Shown: piece after piece, positions 29,944-39,289 of the stretch
Layout: every line of letters starts with the position of its first letter
Numbering within the stretch: the first letter of the stretch is position 1
IMG/VR virus record: IMGVR_UViG_3300037424_000434
Span: 128,001 to 192,000 of that record
From: a virus
Taxonomy: Duplodnaviria; Caudoviricetes
Strand: one strand, 5' to 3'
DNA length: 64,000 nucleotides
Made by a program: the position numbers and the translations under genes
Notes under the pieces: generated by a model
Database searches by the model: none
Told to the model about the DNA's origin: nothing
The model's input: the letters and a program-made list of their open reading frames with translations, nothing else

Positions 29944-31881
29944 ATGGCAAAGAATAAACCAACCACAACTGAAAGTATTGACCTTATGAGAAGAGATCTT
30001 AAGGAAGAGCTAAAAAAGATGAACACATTCCTTAAAGCCGCGAGTAATGAAGAAAGCCGCGCAGTTCTTCTTGCCGAAATTGCTGAGATGACAAAAAAAC
30101 TTGCCAACATGGAAAAGAAACAAGAGGAGGTTGTGAAAGAAGAGATTAAGAAATCCGAGCCATTACACAAAACAATAAAGATGATGGCCGATGATATTGG
30201 GCGAAACACCGCCATATCACGGACAGCACAACAAACATTAACCGATATGTTTCATGGAAACAGGGAGCTCGTTGATATCTACAAGAAAGATTCGAGTATG
30301 GGGCAAGAGTTGGTCAATGTTGCTATACGAGATATGGCCAAAGCAATGTCAACCTCTCAGAGGTTACCTATAGAACTTGTCGAGAAGCAGATACGAGCCA
30401 CCATAGAGGTTTCTGAGGCAATGAAAGATTCTCAGCAGGTAATGTATTCAATGAACAAGTCGTTGAAGAATATGGCACATTCAATTCAACATAATCTAAA
30501 AAAATGGCCAGTTCTTGGTCGGTTTTTTTCTGATGCTATGATGGAGCATTACAAAACTATTGCAGGGGATATTCAAGACATATTCAAAGAACATATGTCC
30601 GATATATTAAAACCTATTGAGATATTGATTGGTCCTTTCAAGGCACTGTTTAAGATAGGGGGTATATTATTTAAATTACTACAAAACCCAAAACCAACAA
30701 TGGCCGAAACAAGAACAGCTCGTTGGCAAAATATTATTGATCGCAGAATGCTTCGGATAGATGATACTCTTGCGAAAGGGTTTAGTATAAACCAAAGACA
30801 ACTCGACTTGGCCGAAGATGCAGAAAAAGCTTCTAAGCGACATAGTATTGGAGACAAAAAAGGTCCGATGTTTTGGATTGCCAGTATTCTTGGATTGGTG
30901 TCTGGTGCTATCGTTGGATTATTGGGTGGGGTTCAGGTACAAGCATTGGGTTTCCTTAATAAACATGTATTAAAATTGGGTCAACGATTTGAAGGACTGT
31001 TCAAAGGGTTGGATAAAGTCATATCTATCATTATGCGCCCTATAATTTGGTTGAAAGGTAAAATATTAAAAGAAATAGAAGGGTTTATGGGTCTTGTGGG
31101 TGCTATTGGGAAGAGATTTAAGTCAATTGGAAAGATAGCAGAGGTTGTCAAGGGACTGTTTGGTCAGTTTGGTGGTGGGTTCGTGAAAGGATTTCTCCGA
31201 GGTCTAAAATGGATAGCGTGGCCGATCACATTGCTCATGACTGTCATTGATGCGGTCAAGGGGTTTGTTCGGGGATTTGAATCACAGGGCGGCGGTTCGG
31301 GTGGTATAATTAGTGGGTTGGTGCAGGGTCTGGGGGAGGCTGTTAAGGGATTTCTTTATCTTCCGGTAAAACTGTTTGGGTGGATCACTGATTATGTTCT
31401 GGGCCTATTTGATATACAAATTAAAGGGGGTGCCGCCGATGGAATATTTAAGGTCATAGATATGATTTTTGGGGGTATTGAGTTTACTATGCACACTATA
31501 TACAATGGTATAGTGGGGTTGATGGCCGAAATGATAGCTCCATTTTCTGACACTCTGGCAGATGAGGTTAGGGGAATGAAGACTGGTACCGGGTTGAATG
31601 CTGACCCAACAAAACAGAAAGCAATAGCAAACAGAACGGCGTCGGCTAACGCCCCAGCACAAGCCAAGGCAAACGCTGAGGCAAAAACACAACAACAACA
31701 AAAAGATGTGATGAACATGCAAAGCTCTCATACAAGCAATTCATTTGATAAAACGATCAATGAGATGGGGAACAAAATTTCTTCGTCCATACAGGTCATA
31801 AATAAAACAGCAACAATGATTCCTACAGCCCCGGAAGAAACCTATTTGGCGCTCATGGGCAATGCAATAGGAGGAGCGTAA
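29944..31881 (+). CDS. Tape-measure / baseplate hub protein (T4 gp29-like)
   Basis: Helical, coiled-coil N-terminus with Gly/Phe/Leu-rich amphipathic segments; located between gp51 and the gp48-like gene. Confidence 0.55.
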   Translation: MAKNKPTTTESIDLMRRDLKEELKKMNTFLKAASNEESRAVLLAEIAEMTKKLANMEKKQEEVVKEEIKKSEPLHKTIKMMADDIGRNTAISRTAQQTLTDMFHGNRELVDIYKKDSSMGQELVNVAIRDMAKAMSTSQRLPIELVEKQIRATIEVSEAMKDSQQVMYSMNKSLKNMAHSIQHNLKKWPVLGRFFSDAMMEHYKTIAGDIQDIFKEHMSDILKPIEILIGPFKALFKIGGILFKLLQNPKPTMAETRTARWQNIIDRRMLRIDDTLAKGFSINQRQLDLAEDAEKASKRHSIGDKKGPMFWIASILGLVSGAIVGLLGGVQVQALGFLNKHVLKLGQRFEGLFKGLDKVISIIMRPIIWLKGKILKEIEGFMGLVGAIGKRFKSIGKIAEVVKGLFGQFGGGFVKGFLRGLKWIAWPITLLMTVIDAVKGFVRGFESQGGGSGGIISGLVQGLGEAVKGFLYLPVKLFGWITDYVLGLFDIQIKGGAADGIFKVIDMIFGGIEFTMHTIYNGIVGLMAEMIAPFSDTLADEVRGMKTGTGLNADPTKQKAIANRTASANAPAQAKANAEAKTQQQQKDVMNMQSSHTSNSFDKTINEMGNKISSSIQVINKTATMIPTAPEETYLALMGNAIGGA

Positions 31882-32621
31882 TGGCCGTAAGACAATACCC
31901 ACCCAAAGGGGTTCATGACAATGCATTTAATGAGGGGTCGGATACTCTCTGGTTGTGGGTTCAACCGAAGAAGATAATAACAATAAACCGATGGAACACT
32001 CGTGGACCACAGGCAATCACAACATCCATAGCAACAGATCAAGACACGTATAAACTTTTAATGCCAACCACTTATTCAACCTCTCAGAATCATGGATGGG
32101 ATAAGTTTGAGACAGTTGGTTCGAAAGTAAGTGAACTCGTGACCGAAGTAACCCATGCATCACATAACGTGGTCGGGATACATGGGAGTTCTGCCAAAGC
32201 CGATGCTCCTTTAATGTATACTGATTCTGATAGAAGAGAGTGGGTATTTGAGTTTCAGTTTATCGTACACTCTGACGCATACCAAGATGTGTGGTTGCCT
32301 ATCCAAGAGTTTCTTCGAATGTCAGCACCTTCTGCCGCAACTGGAAATTCTGTTACAGAAAATGTCAACATTAGCATTCCTTATGTTTTCAGTTTACAGA
32401 CCAAAACCGGGAATGGATTTAATGTGCCCGTATTGTCGGTAAAGGATGCCGTTATAACATCCATACAACCGAAGTACGAACAACCATATATTTCGGGATA
32501 TCCTTCAAAAGCCGAAATGACCATAACGTTTAAGGATCTAAATGTGCTTTTTTCTGATTCCTATAAAACAGATGAGACAAGGAACACCATACCTATCACA
32601 ATAAGAGAAAATGGGATATAA
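31881..32621 (+). CDS. Baseplate tail-tube junction protein (T4 gp48/gp54-like)
   Basis: YTDSDRREWVFEFQF...AVITSIQPKY...AEMTITFKDL tube-fold pattern. Confidence 0.6.
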   Translation: MAVRQYPPKGVHDNAFNEGSDTLWLWVQPKKIITINRWNTRGPQAITTSIATDQDTYKLLMPTTYSTSQNHGWDKFETVGSKVSELVTEVTHASHNVVGIHGSSAKADAPLMYTDSDRREWVFEFQFIVHSDAYQDVWLPIQEFLRMSAPSAATGNSVTENVNISIPYVFSLQTKTGNGFNVPVLSVKDAVITSIQPKYEQPYISGYPSKAEMTITFKDLNVLFSDSYKTDETRNTIPITIRENGI

Positions 32622-32651
32622 TTTACCGTAACAAACAACCTGTTGGAGGTT

Positions 32652-33017
32652 ATGATGGCAGTTAAAAGAGATACTACATTTACGAGAAAGCTCCCACAAA
32701 CATCGATGCTTAGATTGTATAATATTCTAATAGATGATAATGGGGATAGGTTTTGTAACATAACAAGAACATACCAAACAAACCCTGAATTACAGAGACA
32801 AGACATATATGAGATATATACCGTTGAGGAAGAAGATTGGTGGGATACTATCTCTTTTAGGTTCTATGAGACTCCTTATTTGTGGTGGATAGCGCCGGTT
32901 ATTAACAATATAACAAACCCATTTGAGACACTTGAGGTGGGATCGCAGTTAAAAATCTTGAGATATTCCTATATCCCCCAAATATTCGAAGACTTGTCTG
33001 TTATAGAGGAGTTATAA
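32652..33017 (+). CDS. gp53: Baseplate wedge protein with LysM-like motif (T4 gp53-like)
   Basis: YTVEEEDWWDTISFRFYETPYLWWI...NNITNPF; start after GGAGG. Confidence 0.75.
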   Translation: MMAVKRDTTFTRKLPQTSMLRLYNILIDDNGDRFCNITRTYQTNPELQRQDIYEIYTVEEEDWWDTISFRFYETPYLWWIAPVINNITNPFETLEVGSQLKILRYSYIPQIFEDLSVIEEL

Positions 33018-34264
33018 TGCTTAATGTAGAAGAAATATTGGGAGTAAAAATATATACCAACAACGGGGATTATATTATTGGTTCAGATGCAATAGAAACC
33101 TTGTATTTTATTGAGGATATCTATAGTACCTCTATCATGGGGAAGATAAAGTTTATTGACACTATCGGATTGCTCGAATTTGGTCCAATAAACGGCAATG
33201 AACGATTTGAGATAAAATTCGGCAACACGGAAAATGATAAATATTATAATACAATTAATTTGTATGGATATAAAATAAAAAGTATTATACCTTCCAGTAA
33301 CACCTCAGTTACTACTGGTAGTTTTATTGAAATGATATTGGTGGATGATACCTTTGCCAAGTTTCATAACAGAAATTGGAGTAAAGCGTGGGTTGATTCA
33401 TATATCCATGATATAGTGGAAGATATAGCAACAAATCATGTTGGGGTTTCGTTTAAACAGATAGAAAAAACCAAAGAAAAGATATCACAGTTTGATACTC
33501 ATCTCAAAACACCAGCAGAAGGTATTCAGTGGCTATCTGAGAGATGTAGCAGCAGTGTACACGGCCAAGCTGGACATTTATTGTATCCATTCAATGACCC
33601 AGATTCTACTGGATACAAGTATAATTTCGTATCATTAGAAACTCTTTTGAGACAAACAAAATTGATGGACCCCGTAGGGGACCGTAATTTGTATGTGTTC
33701 AGTGACAGGAACGAGCAATACCAAAACAAGATATTAAATTATTCCATGTCACATGTTGATTATGCAACATTGAGAACCCTCGCGGGGGCGGTATATCATG
33801 GATTTGATATTAACAGAAAAAAATTGCTTAAGAGAGAATTCACTTACAAAGAAGCAGTGAGTAGATTTACGATTCTTGGTAAGAAAACATTATTTACCAA
33901 CACAATAACACCAGATCATCATATGACAAAGATCGAAACATATGGCAATGAGAATATGATAGATAATTTATGGTTCAGTAGGTGGATAAAACAATACTGT
34001 CTACAACAAACCATTACCCTAAGCGTTGCTGGTAGCGAAAAAAGACATGCCGGGGGGATGATCAAAATTGAATGGCCTAGCACTGATTCCGTGCAAGGCA
34101 TAATCAACAAACAAATGAACGGGAAATATTTGATAAAATCAGTGACCCATTACTTTTCGAAAGATTTTATGCCAGCATATCAACAAAAATTAGTATGTAT
34201 TAAGAATGGATATCAGGATTCTGATAACTCCACTCTCATCAAATCTGTGAACACTAACATATAA
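33017..34264 (+). CDS. Baseplate hub protein (T4 gp27-like)
   Basis: 415 aa, directly upstream of gp5; C-terminal AGGMIKIEW...GKYLIKSVTHYF typical of gp27/GPD hubs. Confidence 0.6.
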   Translation: MLNVEEILGVKIYTNNGDYIIGSDAIETLYFIEDIYSTSIMGKIKFIDTIGLLEFGPINGNERFEIKFGNTENDKYYNTINLYGYKIKSIIPSSNTSVTTGSFIEMILVDDTFAKFHNRNWSKAWVDSYIHDIVEDIATNHVGVSFKQIEKTKEKISQFDTHLKTPAEGIQWLSERCSSSVHGQAGHLLYPFNDPDSTGYKYNFVSLETLLRQTKLMDPVGDRNLYVFSDRNEQYQNKILNYSMSHVDYATLRTLAGAVYHGFDINRKKLLKREFTYKEAVSRFTILGKKTLFTNTITPDHHMTKIETYGNENMIDNLWFSRWIKQYCLQQTITLSVAGSEKRHAGGMIKIEWPSTDSVQGIINKQMNGKYLIKSVTHYFSKDFMPAYQQKLVCIKNGYQDSDNSTLIKSVNTNI

Positions 34265-34272
34265 GGATTATT

Positions 34273-35514
34273 ATGATCAAGCAAAGTGTGGATAATATAA
34301 TACCAAAGATAACCACTTTAACGGGTATATATCGTGGGGTGGTCGAGAACAATGTTGATCCCCAAAAAATGGGGAGATGCCAGATACGGGTATGGGGGTT
34401 GCATGACGAGCTAAAAGAGGCGTCAAGAATAGAGGGCATTCCAACCGCTAGTCTGCCGTGGTCTGAGCCATGTTTGGGGCTTCTGGAAGGGTCTGTGACT
34501 GGAGCTGGGCTGTTTTCCGTACCATTGCAAGGGTCTCATGTATTTCTCTTCTTTGAGGGGGGTAATTGGAACGCTCCAAGATATTTTGCCACCGCGCCGG
34601 GCCTGCCAACAGAAGCCCCCGACACATCCAAGGGGTTTAATGATCCAGAAGGTAAGTATCCACGTTCTGATAGATTAAATGAGCCTGATTTTCATAGACT
34701 TGCTCGTGGAGAAATAACCGGTACAATAGTTGAACACAAAAACGAAAACCTTGATCTTGGTGTAACCAAAGCAGATACTAGCACGTGGGATGAACCAGAA
34801 TCAGCATATGCCGCGACATACCCTAACAATATAGTTCTTTCCACCCACAGAGGTATATTGATAGAACTTGATAACACAGCGGGAAAGGAGAGGATTCATT
34901 TATACCATCCATCGAATACCTATATCGAAATAGATGTTGAGGGTAATGTGGTTTTCAAAAACGAAGGAAACAAATTTGAGATAACAAAGGGTGATAGAAA
35001 TAAACACATATTTGCCGACGATAACGAAACTATCGATATCGATAAGACAAAAAAAATCGGATCAAACGAGACTGTTGATGTTGGATTGAACAGAACAACA
35101 ACTATTGGTACTAATGAATCTCTTGATATTGGGAGCAACGAAACAGTCGTTGTTGGAATAGATGCAACCAAGAATGTTGGTAATAACTTGGTTGTAACGG
35201 TAGGAACTAATTCTACAAAAACTGTTGGGGCAAATGAACAGATAGATATTACAGGTAACCTAACAGAAACCATTGGGGGTAACTCTACAAAAACTGTTGG
35301 GGCAAATGAACAGATAGACATTACAGGTAACCTAACAGAAACGGTTGGATCTGGGTGGACCATAATAGTCTCGGGACAGGCGATTATTAACGCCACGGGG
35401 GACGTGGAAGTTGTTGCGGGGGGGTCTGCTAGTGTAACTTCTACAGGACCAGCAACAGTACAAGGATCTATTGGTGTGCTGAAAGGTACCTCCAACACGT
35501 TCACGGTGTCCTAA
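34273..35514 (+). CDS. gp5: Baseplate central spike protein, no lysozyme domain
   Basis: N-terminal OB fold (GVVENNVDPQKMGRCQIRVWG...LPWS), ERIHLYHPS motif and 8-residue beta-helix repeats. Confidence 0.85.
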   Translation: MIKQSVDNIIPKITTLTGIYRGVVENNVDPQKMGRCQIRVWGLHDELKEASRIEGIPTASLPWSEPCLGLLEGSVTGAGLFSVPLQGSHVFLFFEGGNWNAPRYFATAPGLPTEAPDTSKGFNDPEGKYPRSDRLNEPDFHRLARGEITGTIVEHKNENLDLGVTKADTSTWDEPESAYAATYPNNIVLSTHRGILIELDNTAGKERIHLYHPSNTYIEIDVEGNVVFKNEGNKFEITKGDRNKHIFADDNETIDIDKTKKIGSNETVDVGLNRTTTIGTNESLDIGSNETVVVGIDATKNVGNNLVVTVGTNSTKTVGANEQIDITGNLTETIGGNSTKTVGANEQIDITGNLTETVGSGWTIIVSGQAIINATGDVEVVAGGSASVTSTGPATVQGSIGVLKGTSNTFTVS

Positions 35515-35819
35515 TGTCCGATATATTGAAGGTGGGAGATAATGGAAGCGGGATTTGTTATTCTCACGATAGCCCTGTGGTTGTTACGGGGGTATTGGTT
35601 GAGGGGTTTGATGGGTTTGGTATGAATGGTATTTTGGTTTCCGGTGATGGCCATACAGTAAACCTTACCTGTGGACACACAGGTACTTTGATTGCTTCTG
35701 TTAGTGATATGACATGTAATGGTGTTCCTGTGGGCAAACAAGGGGATTCTTGGACCGATGGCACGGGCACAACAACAGGCACAATAACAAACACAAGCGG
35801 CGGGATTACGGAGGGATAA
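35514..35819 (+). CDS. Spike tip protein (gp5.4/PAAR-like)
   Basis: 101 aa; KVGD, CYSH, NGILVSGDG, CGH, NGVPVGKQGD repeats typical of PAAR folds; follows gp5. Confidence 0.7.
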   Translation: MSDILKVGDNGSGICYSHDSPVVVTGVLVEGFDGFGMNGILVSGDGHTVNLTCGHTGTLIASVSDMTCNGVPVGKQGDSWTDGTGTTTGTITNTSGGITEG

Positions 35820-36620
35820 ATGGCACTGCCTAGTTTTCCAACAAATTTAAATGACTTACAATCAGGTACTGTGGGCCGTATGGCGGCGACTTTATCCAAG
35901 ATACAGGTGGCAAAGGTGTTGTTTGATCAGCAAATTTCTGGGGTAGACAATTACCTGAAGGGTCTGTCTGAATTACCGGGATTGCCTGATTTACCTTCTA
36001 TACCGGGAATAAGCGCCCAAGTTACCGTTGTCCAACAACAGGTGTCGGCTAAACTATTAGAGTTGGACGAGATAAGCCAGATAGGAGGGTCTTGTTTGGC
36101 CGGTCCAATGGCGGCTTTGACGGCAATGACCAGTGATGGGTTTGGTTTGGTCAGTAATGCATTAGAGGGGTTTAATGCTGTATTGAATATGCCCTCAGAA
36201 ATGATGGGGATATATGGATTGTATGCCCGTGCGCGTAATATGATCGGAGCGTTGGGCGTGGATAAACTTGTTGCCGCCGCTCTGGGTCAATTGGGATGTT
36301 TGAGTGATAGTTCCATGATAGCCGATACGACAGCCGAACTTGCACAAATCATGAATGCGTTTGGAATGGACGGTACTGGACAAATCACAGACGAATCATT
36401 TCAAGCAAAAATGGCAGGAGATTTGAGTGCTTCGGGTGCAATGCATGGCATAGACCCGGCATTTACGACAAACATGTCTAATGGACTGGGTGAGATGGGG
36501 AAACAGGCAAATATTATGACACAACAAGCAACAGCCAAAGCGCAAGAAGTATTAGCGGGTATTAAGGAGAACGCAAAGTTGGCGATACAGAAAAAACCTT
36601 CACCCCCGGCACTCTGGTGA
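35820..36620 (+). CDS. Hypothetical protein in the baseplate cluster
   Basis: 266-aa ORF with an RBS, abutting its neighbours; no recognisable motif. Confidence 0.7.
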   Translation: MALPSFPTNLNDLQSGTVGRMAATLSKIQVAKVLFDQQISGVDNYLKGLSELPGLPDLPSIPGISAQVTVVQQQVSAKLLELDEISQIGGSCLAGPMAALTAMTSDGFGLVSNALEGFNAVLNMPSEMMGIYGLYARARNMIGALGVDKLVAAALGQLGCLSDSSMIADTTAELAQIMNAFGMDGTGQITDESFQAKMAGDLSASGAMHGIDPAFTTNMSNGLGEMGKQANIMTQQATAKAQEVLAGIKENAKLAIQKKPSPPALW

Positions 36621-36631
36621 TGACATTTTTT

Positions 36632-36639
36632 GATAAATA
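36632..36639 (+). promoter_or_regulatory. Late promoter variant GATAAATA
   Basis: NATAAATA 14 nt before the gp25 start; the same variant recurs at 29905, 42190 and 43899. Confidence 0.55.
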
Positions 36640-36653
36640 TTACTGAGGTAATT

Positions 36654-37040
36654 ATGGCAATAAAAACATGGAAAGACATAGACGGCGCATTGAATCGTAA
36701 AAACAGCGGTGACATTGTGGATATGGTGGGGTTTGATGCTATTAATAATTCATTAATTAACATATTCACAACATTCCAAGGGGAGCGAAGAATGCTCCCA
36801 GAGTTCGCGCTGCCCATATATACTTTGCTGTTCGAGCAGATTGACAATCAATCGGCTAATGTGTTGGCTGAGCTGATAATACAGGCAGTGAATATATGGG
36901 AGCCTAGAATAGTGGTGACAGGCGTAGAGATTGATACTAGACCAGACGAAAATACGTATATAGTGACGCTGAACTACACTGTTATAGGAAACACCAAAGA
37001 ACAAATACAATCATTCGAAACAGTATTGAGGGTTATATAA
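36654..37040 (+). CDS. gp25: Baseplate wedge / sheath polymerisation initiator
   Basis: WKDID...AINNSLINIFTTFQGERRMLPEF...WEPRI motifs. Confidence 0.9.
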   Translation: MAIKTWKDIDGALNRKNSGDIVDMVGFDAINNSLINIFTTFQGERRMLPEFALPIYTLLFEQIDNQSANVLAELIIQAVNIWEPRIVVTGVEIDTRPDENTYIVTLNYTVIGNTKEQIQSFETVLRVI

Positions 37041-39286
37041 TGGCTGATAAACAATTAATACCGAACTATGTAGACGCTGATTTCGATACAATGAAAACTC
37101 GTCTAAAGACTTTGTTACAACAGGTTGATAACTTTCAGGACTATGATTTCGAGGGTGCTAATATAACGGTTCTTCTTGAATTAATGGCTTATGTTGGTGA
37201 TCTTAATACATTCTATACAAATAGATTAGCACAGAATATCCACACAGAAACCGCTGATATATATGAAGTAGTTCACTCGTTGGTTAGACAGCAAGGATAT
37301 TCTCCCACTGGGTATGTTTCTTCTGAGGTTGTTGTTACCATACGAGTGAGACAACAAGACGATGATCAACTGGTTACATATTTTTCTGAGGGAAACCAGC
37401 TATATATTCCTAGGTGGTTTAAAGTTAATACGGGATTATCCGATGATGCCGGTAATATAATATATTACTGTATGTCCGAGGACTTCACATTTGATGTTAC
37501 GTTGGCTGACATAAAAACTGACTATGACACTGATCTCAGTATCAATTATAACTATGTGGAATTTGATGTTACCCTGAAACAAGGCGAACCTCTACAGGCA
37601 CCCCTTGAATATACTGGTAGGGATATAATCTCAAATCAAATAATATTGCCTTTTGATAACTGGGATATGGGTCTTTATCCATACGAGGATACCAAAGAAT
37701 CTTTGTTGGTTACTGTTGGGTCTAACGAAACTGCTTGGGTGAGAGTGTCTGATTTCTTCGATGAACTATCCGGTCTCAGCGAAGAAAACAATGCATACAT
37801 TTTATCCTATGACAAATACAAAAGGGCAGCATTGTCTTTTTCTAGCACACGAAATATACCAAGCGTTGATGATGACATTAAAGTTTATTTAATAAAATCT
37901 CTTGGCACTGATGGTGTAATTGCGAGAAATACTTTCACGGCAACCAACAAGCCAGACATCGACACTATTCTTGGTGCAGTTGAGGTGCCTTTTTTGACCA
38001 ACATCTCCTCCGCAACAACCATACCGTTGGATAGGTATACTGTTGTTAATACATCGGATTCTGTTGGTGGATCTAATCCACCGGATATCGATGAATTAAA
38101 GGTTGGTGGTGCTGCTTATTCCCACTCACAACTTAGAAACGTCACAAAAGCAGATTATATAGGCAACCTTAACTCTAGAGGAGATATCACGGTATCCAAT
38201 GTGTGGGGGGAGCAAGAACAAAACCCCGGCGTGTTGACATCGACCTATTACAATAGAGCTTATATATCAGCCATACCAACCGAATGGGCTACTGGTACCC
38301 ACAATAACATTAATCTGAAAGAGGTTGTGCCAAATACCGATTTTTCTGGTACGATATCAACGATCTTGGCTTATCCGACGAATTATGCAGAGGATCGTCC
38401 AGTGTTTTCAGTTTTTGACGTGGACACATTTTCCAATGGTGAGATAATCGCGAGTGGAATATATACCAACAGAGCCGTTGATACTGATGGAGCTGGTATC
38501 GGGATGACGGTTGATATTACCATATACAATCAAGTATTAGTGTCTATTACGGTGAATAACTATGGTACGGGCTATGAGATTGGAGATACTGTTGTAGTAT
38601 ATGAAGGGACCACTGGTGGTTGGTCTAACGGGACAGGATCATATGTGGCAACAATTGATTCGTTTGAGTCTGATATCTTCAGCCCAGCATGGACATCTCA
38701 ACTCCTAGCATACCTAGAGCCTCGTAGAATGTTAGGTATATGGGAAGAGTTTATTCTTCCCGAGGTAATCTATTTCCGATTTGATTTTGGGTTAAAAGTA
38801 AAGAGAAGCTATAGCTGGACGGTTGTCAAAGAAGCGATAAAGAACAAGCTGATTTATTATTTCAGAAATAACAATAAATCTTTTGGCGAAACAGTAGATT
38901 TTAGAGAGGTAACCGAATACATATTGGATTTGGGGAATGTCTCACCGACCGACACCTTTTCTATGGTCAGAGGTATTCAGAGTTTGGTGGTGAGAGATGT
39001 TTTGATTCACCGTGATCCGGTTGTGGTAGCTTCAATCGACAATCAACCCGATTGTGAGGGTCTGGGTGGTACATGGACCGGATCGTGTTCTATCATCCCC
39101 GACGAGATGTATATCTTCCCAGATAACGTATATAATTATTATCCACGGTTTGTGGATACTGGGTATTTTAGGACAACCCGCAGTACAGTTGATGATGTAT
39201 ACAATATAATTCAACCTATTAAATTGGGTCACAACCAATTTCCGTTTTTGGCCGCTGATTGTTGTGTGTTCGTAAACGAAGGATAA
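37040..39286 (+). CDS. gp6: Baseplate wedge protein
   Basis: DFDTMKTRL...FQDYDFEGANITVLLELMAYVGDLNTFY...QGYSP, and SQLRNVTKADY. Confidence 0.9.
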   Translation: MADKQLIPNYVDADFDTMKTRLKTLLQQVDNFQDYDFEGANITVLLELMAYVGDLNTFYTNRLAQNIHTETADIYEVVHSLVRQQGYSPTGYVSSEVVVTIRVRQQDDDQLVTYFSEGNQLYIPRWFKVNTGLSDDAGNIIYYCMSEDFTFDVTLADIKTDYDTDLSINYNYVEFDVTLKQGEPLQAPLEYTGRDIISNQIILPFDNWDMGLYPYEDTKESLLVTVGSNETAWVRVSDFFDELSGLSEENNAYILSYDKYKRAALSFSSTRNIPSVDDDIKVYLIKSLGTDGVIARNTFTATNKPDIDTILGAVEVPFLTNISSATTIPLDRYTVVNTSDSVGGSNPPDIDELKVGGAAYSHSQLRNVTKADYIGNLNSRGDITVSNVWGEQEQNPGVLTSTYYNRAYISAIPTEWATGTHNNINLKEVVPNTDFSGTISTILAYPTNYAEDRPVFSVFDVDTFSNGEIIASGIYTNRAVDTDGAGIGMTVDITIYNQVLVSITVNNYGTGYEIGDTVVVYEGTTGGWSNGTGSYVATIDSFESDIFSPAWTSQLLAYLEPRRMLGIWEEFILPEVIYFRFDFGLKVKRSYSWTVVKEAIKNKLIYYFRNNNKSFGETVDFREVTEYILDLGNVSPTDTFSMVRGIQSLVVRDVLIHRDPVVVASIDNQPDCEGLGGTWTGSCSIIPDEMYIFPDNVYNYYPRFVDTGYFRTTRSTVDDVYNIIQPIKLGHNQFPFLAADCCVFVNEG

Positions 39287-39289
39287 GAC

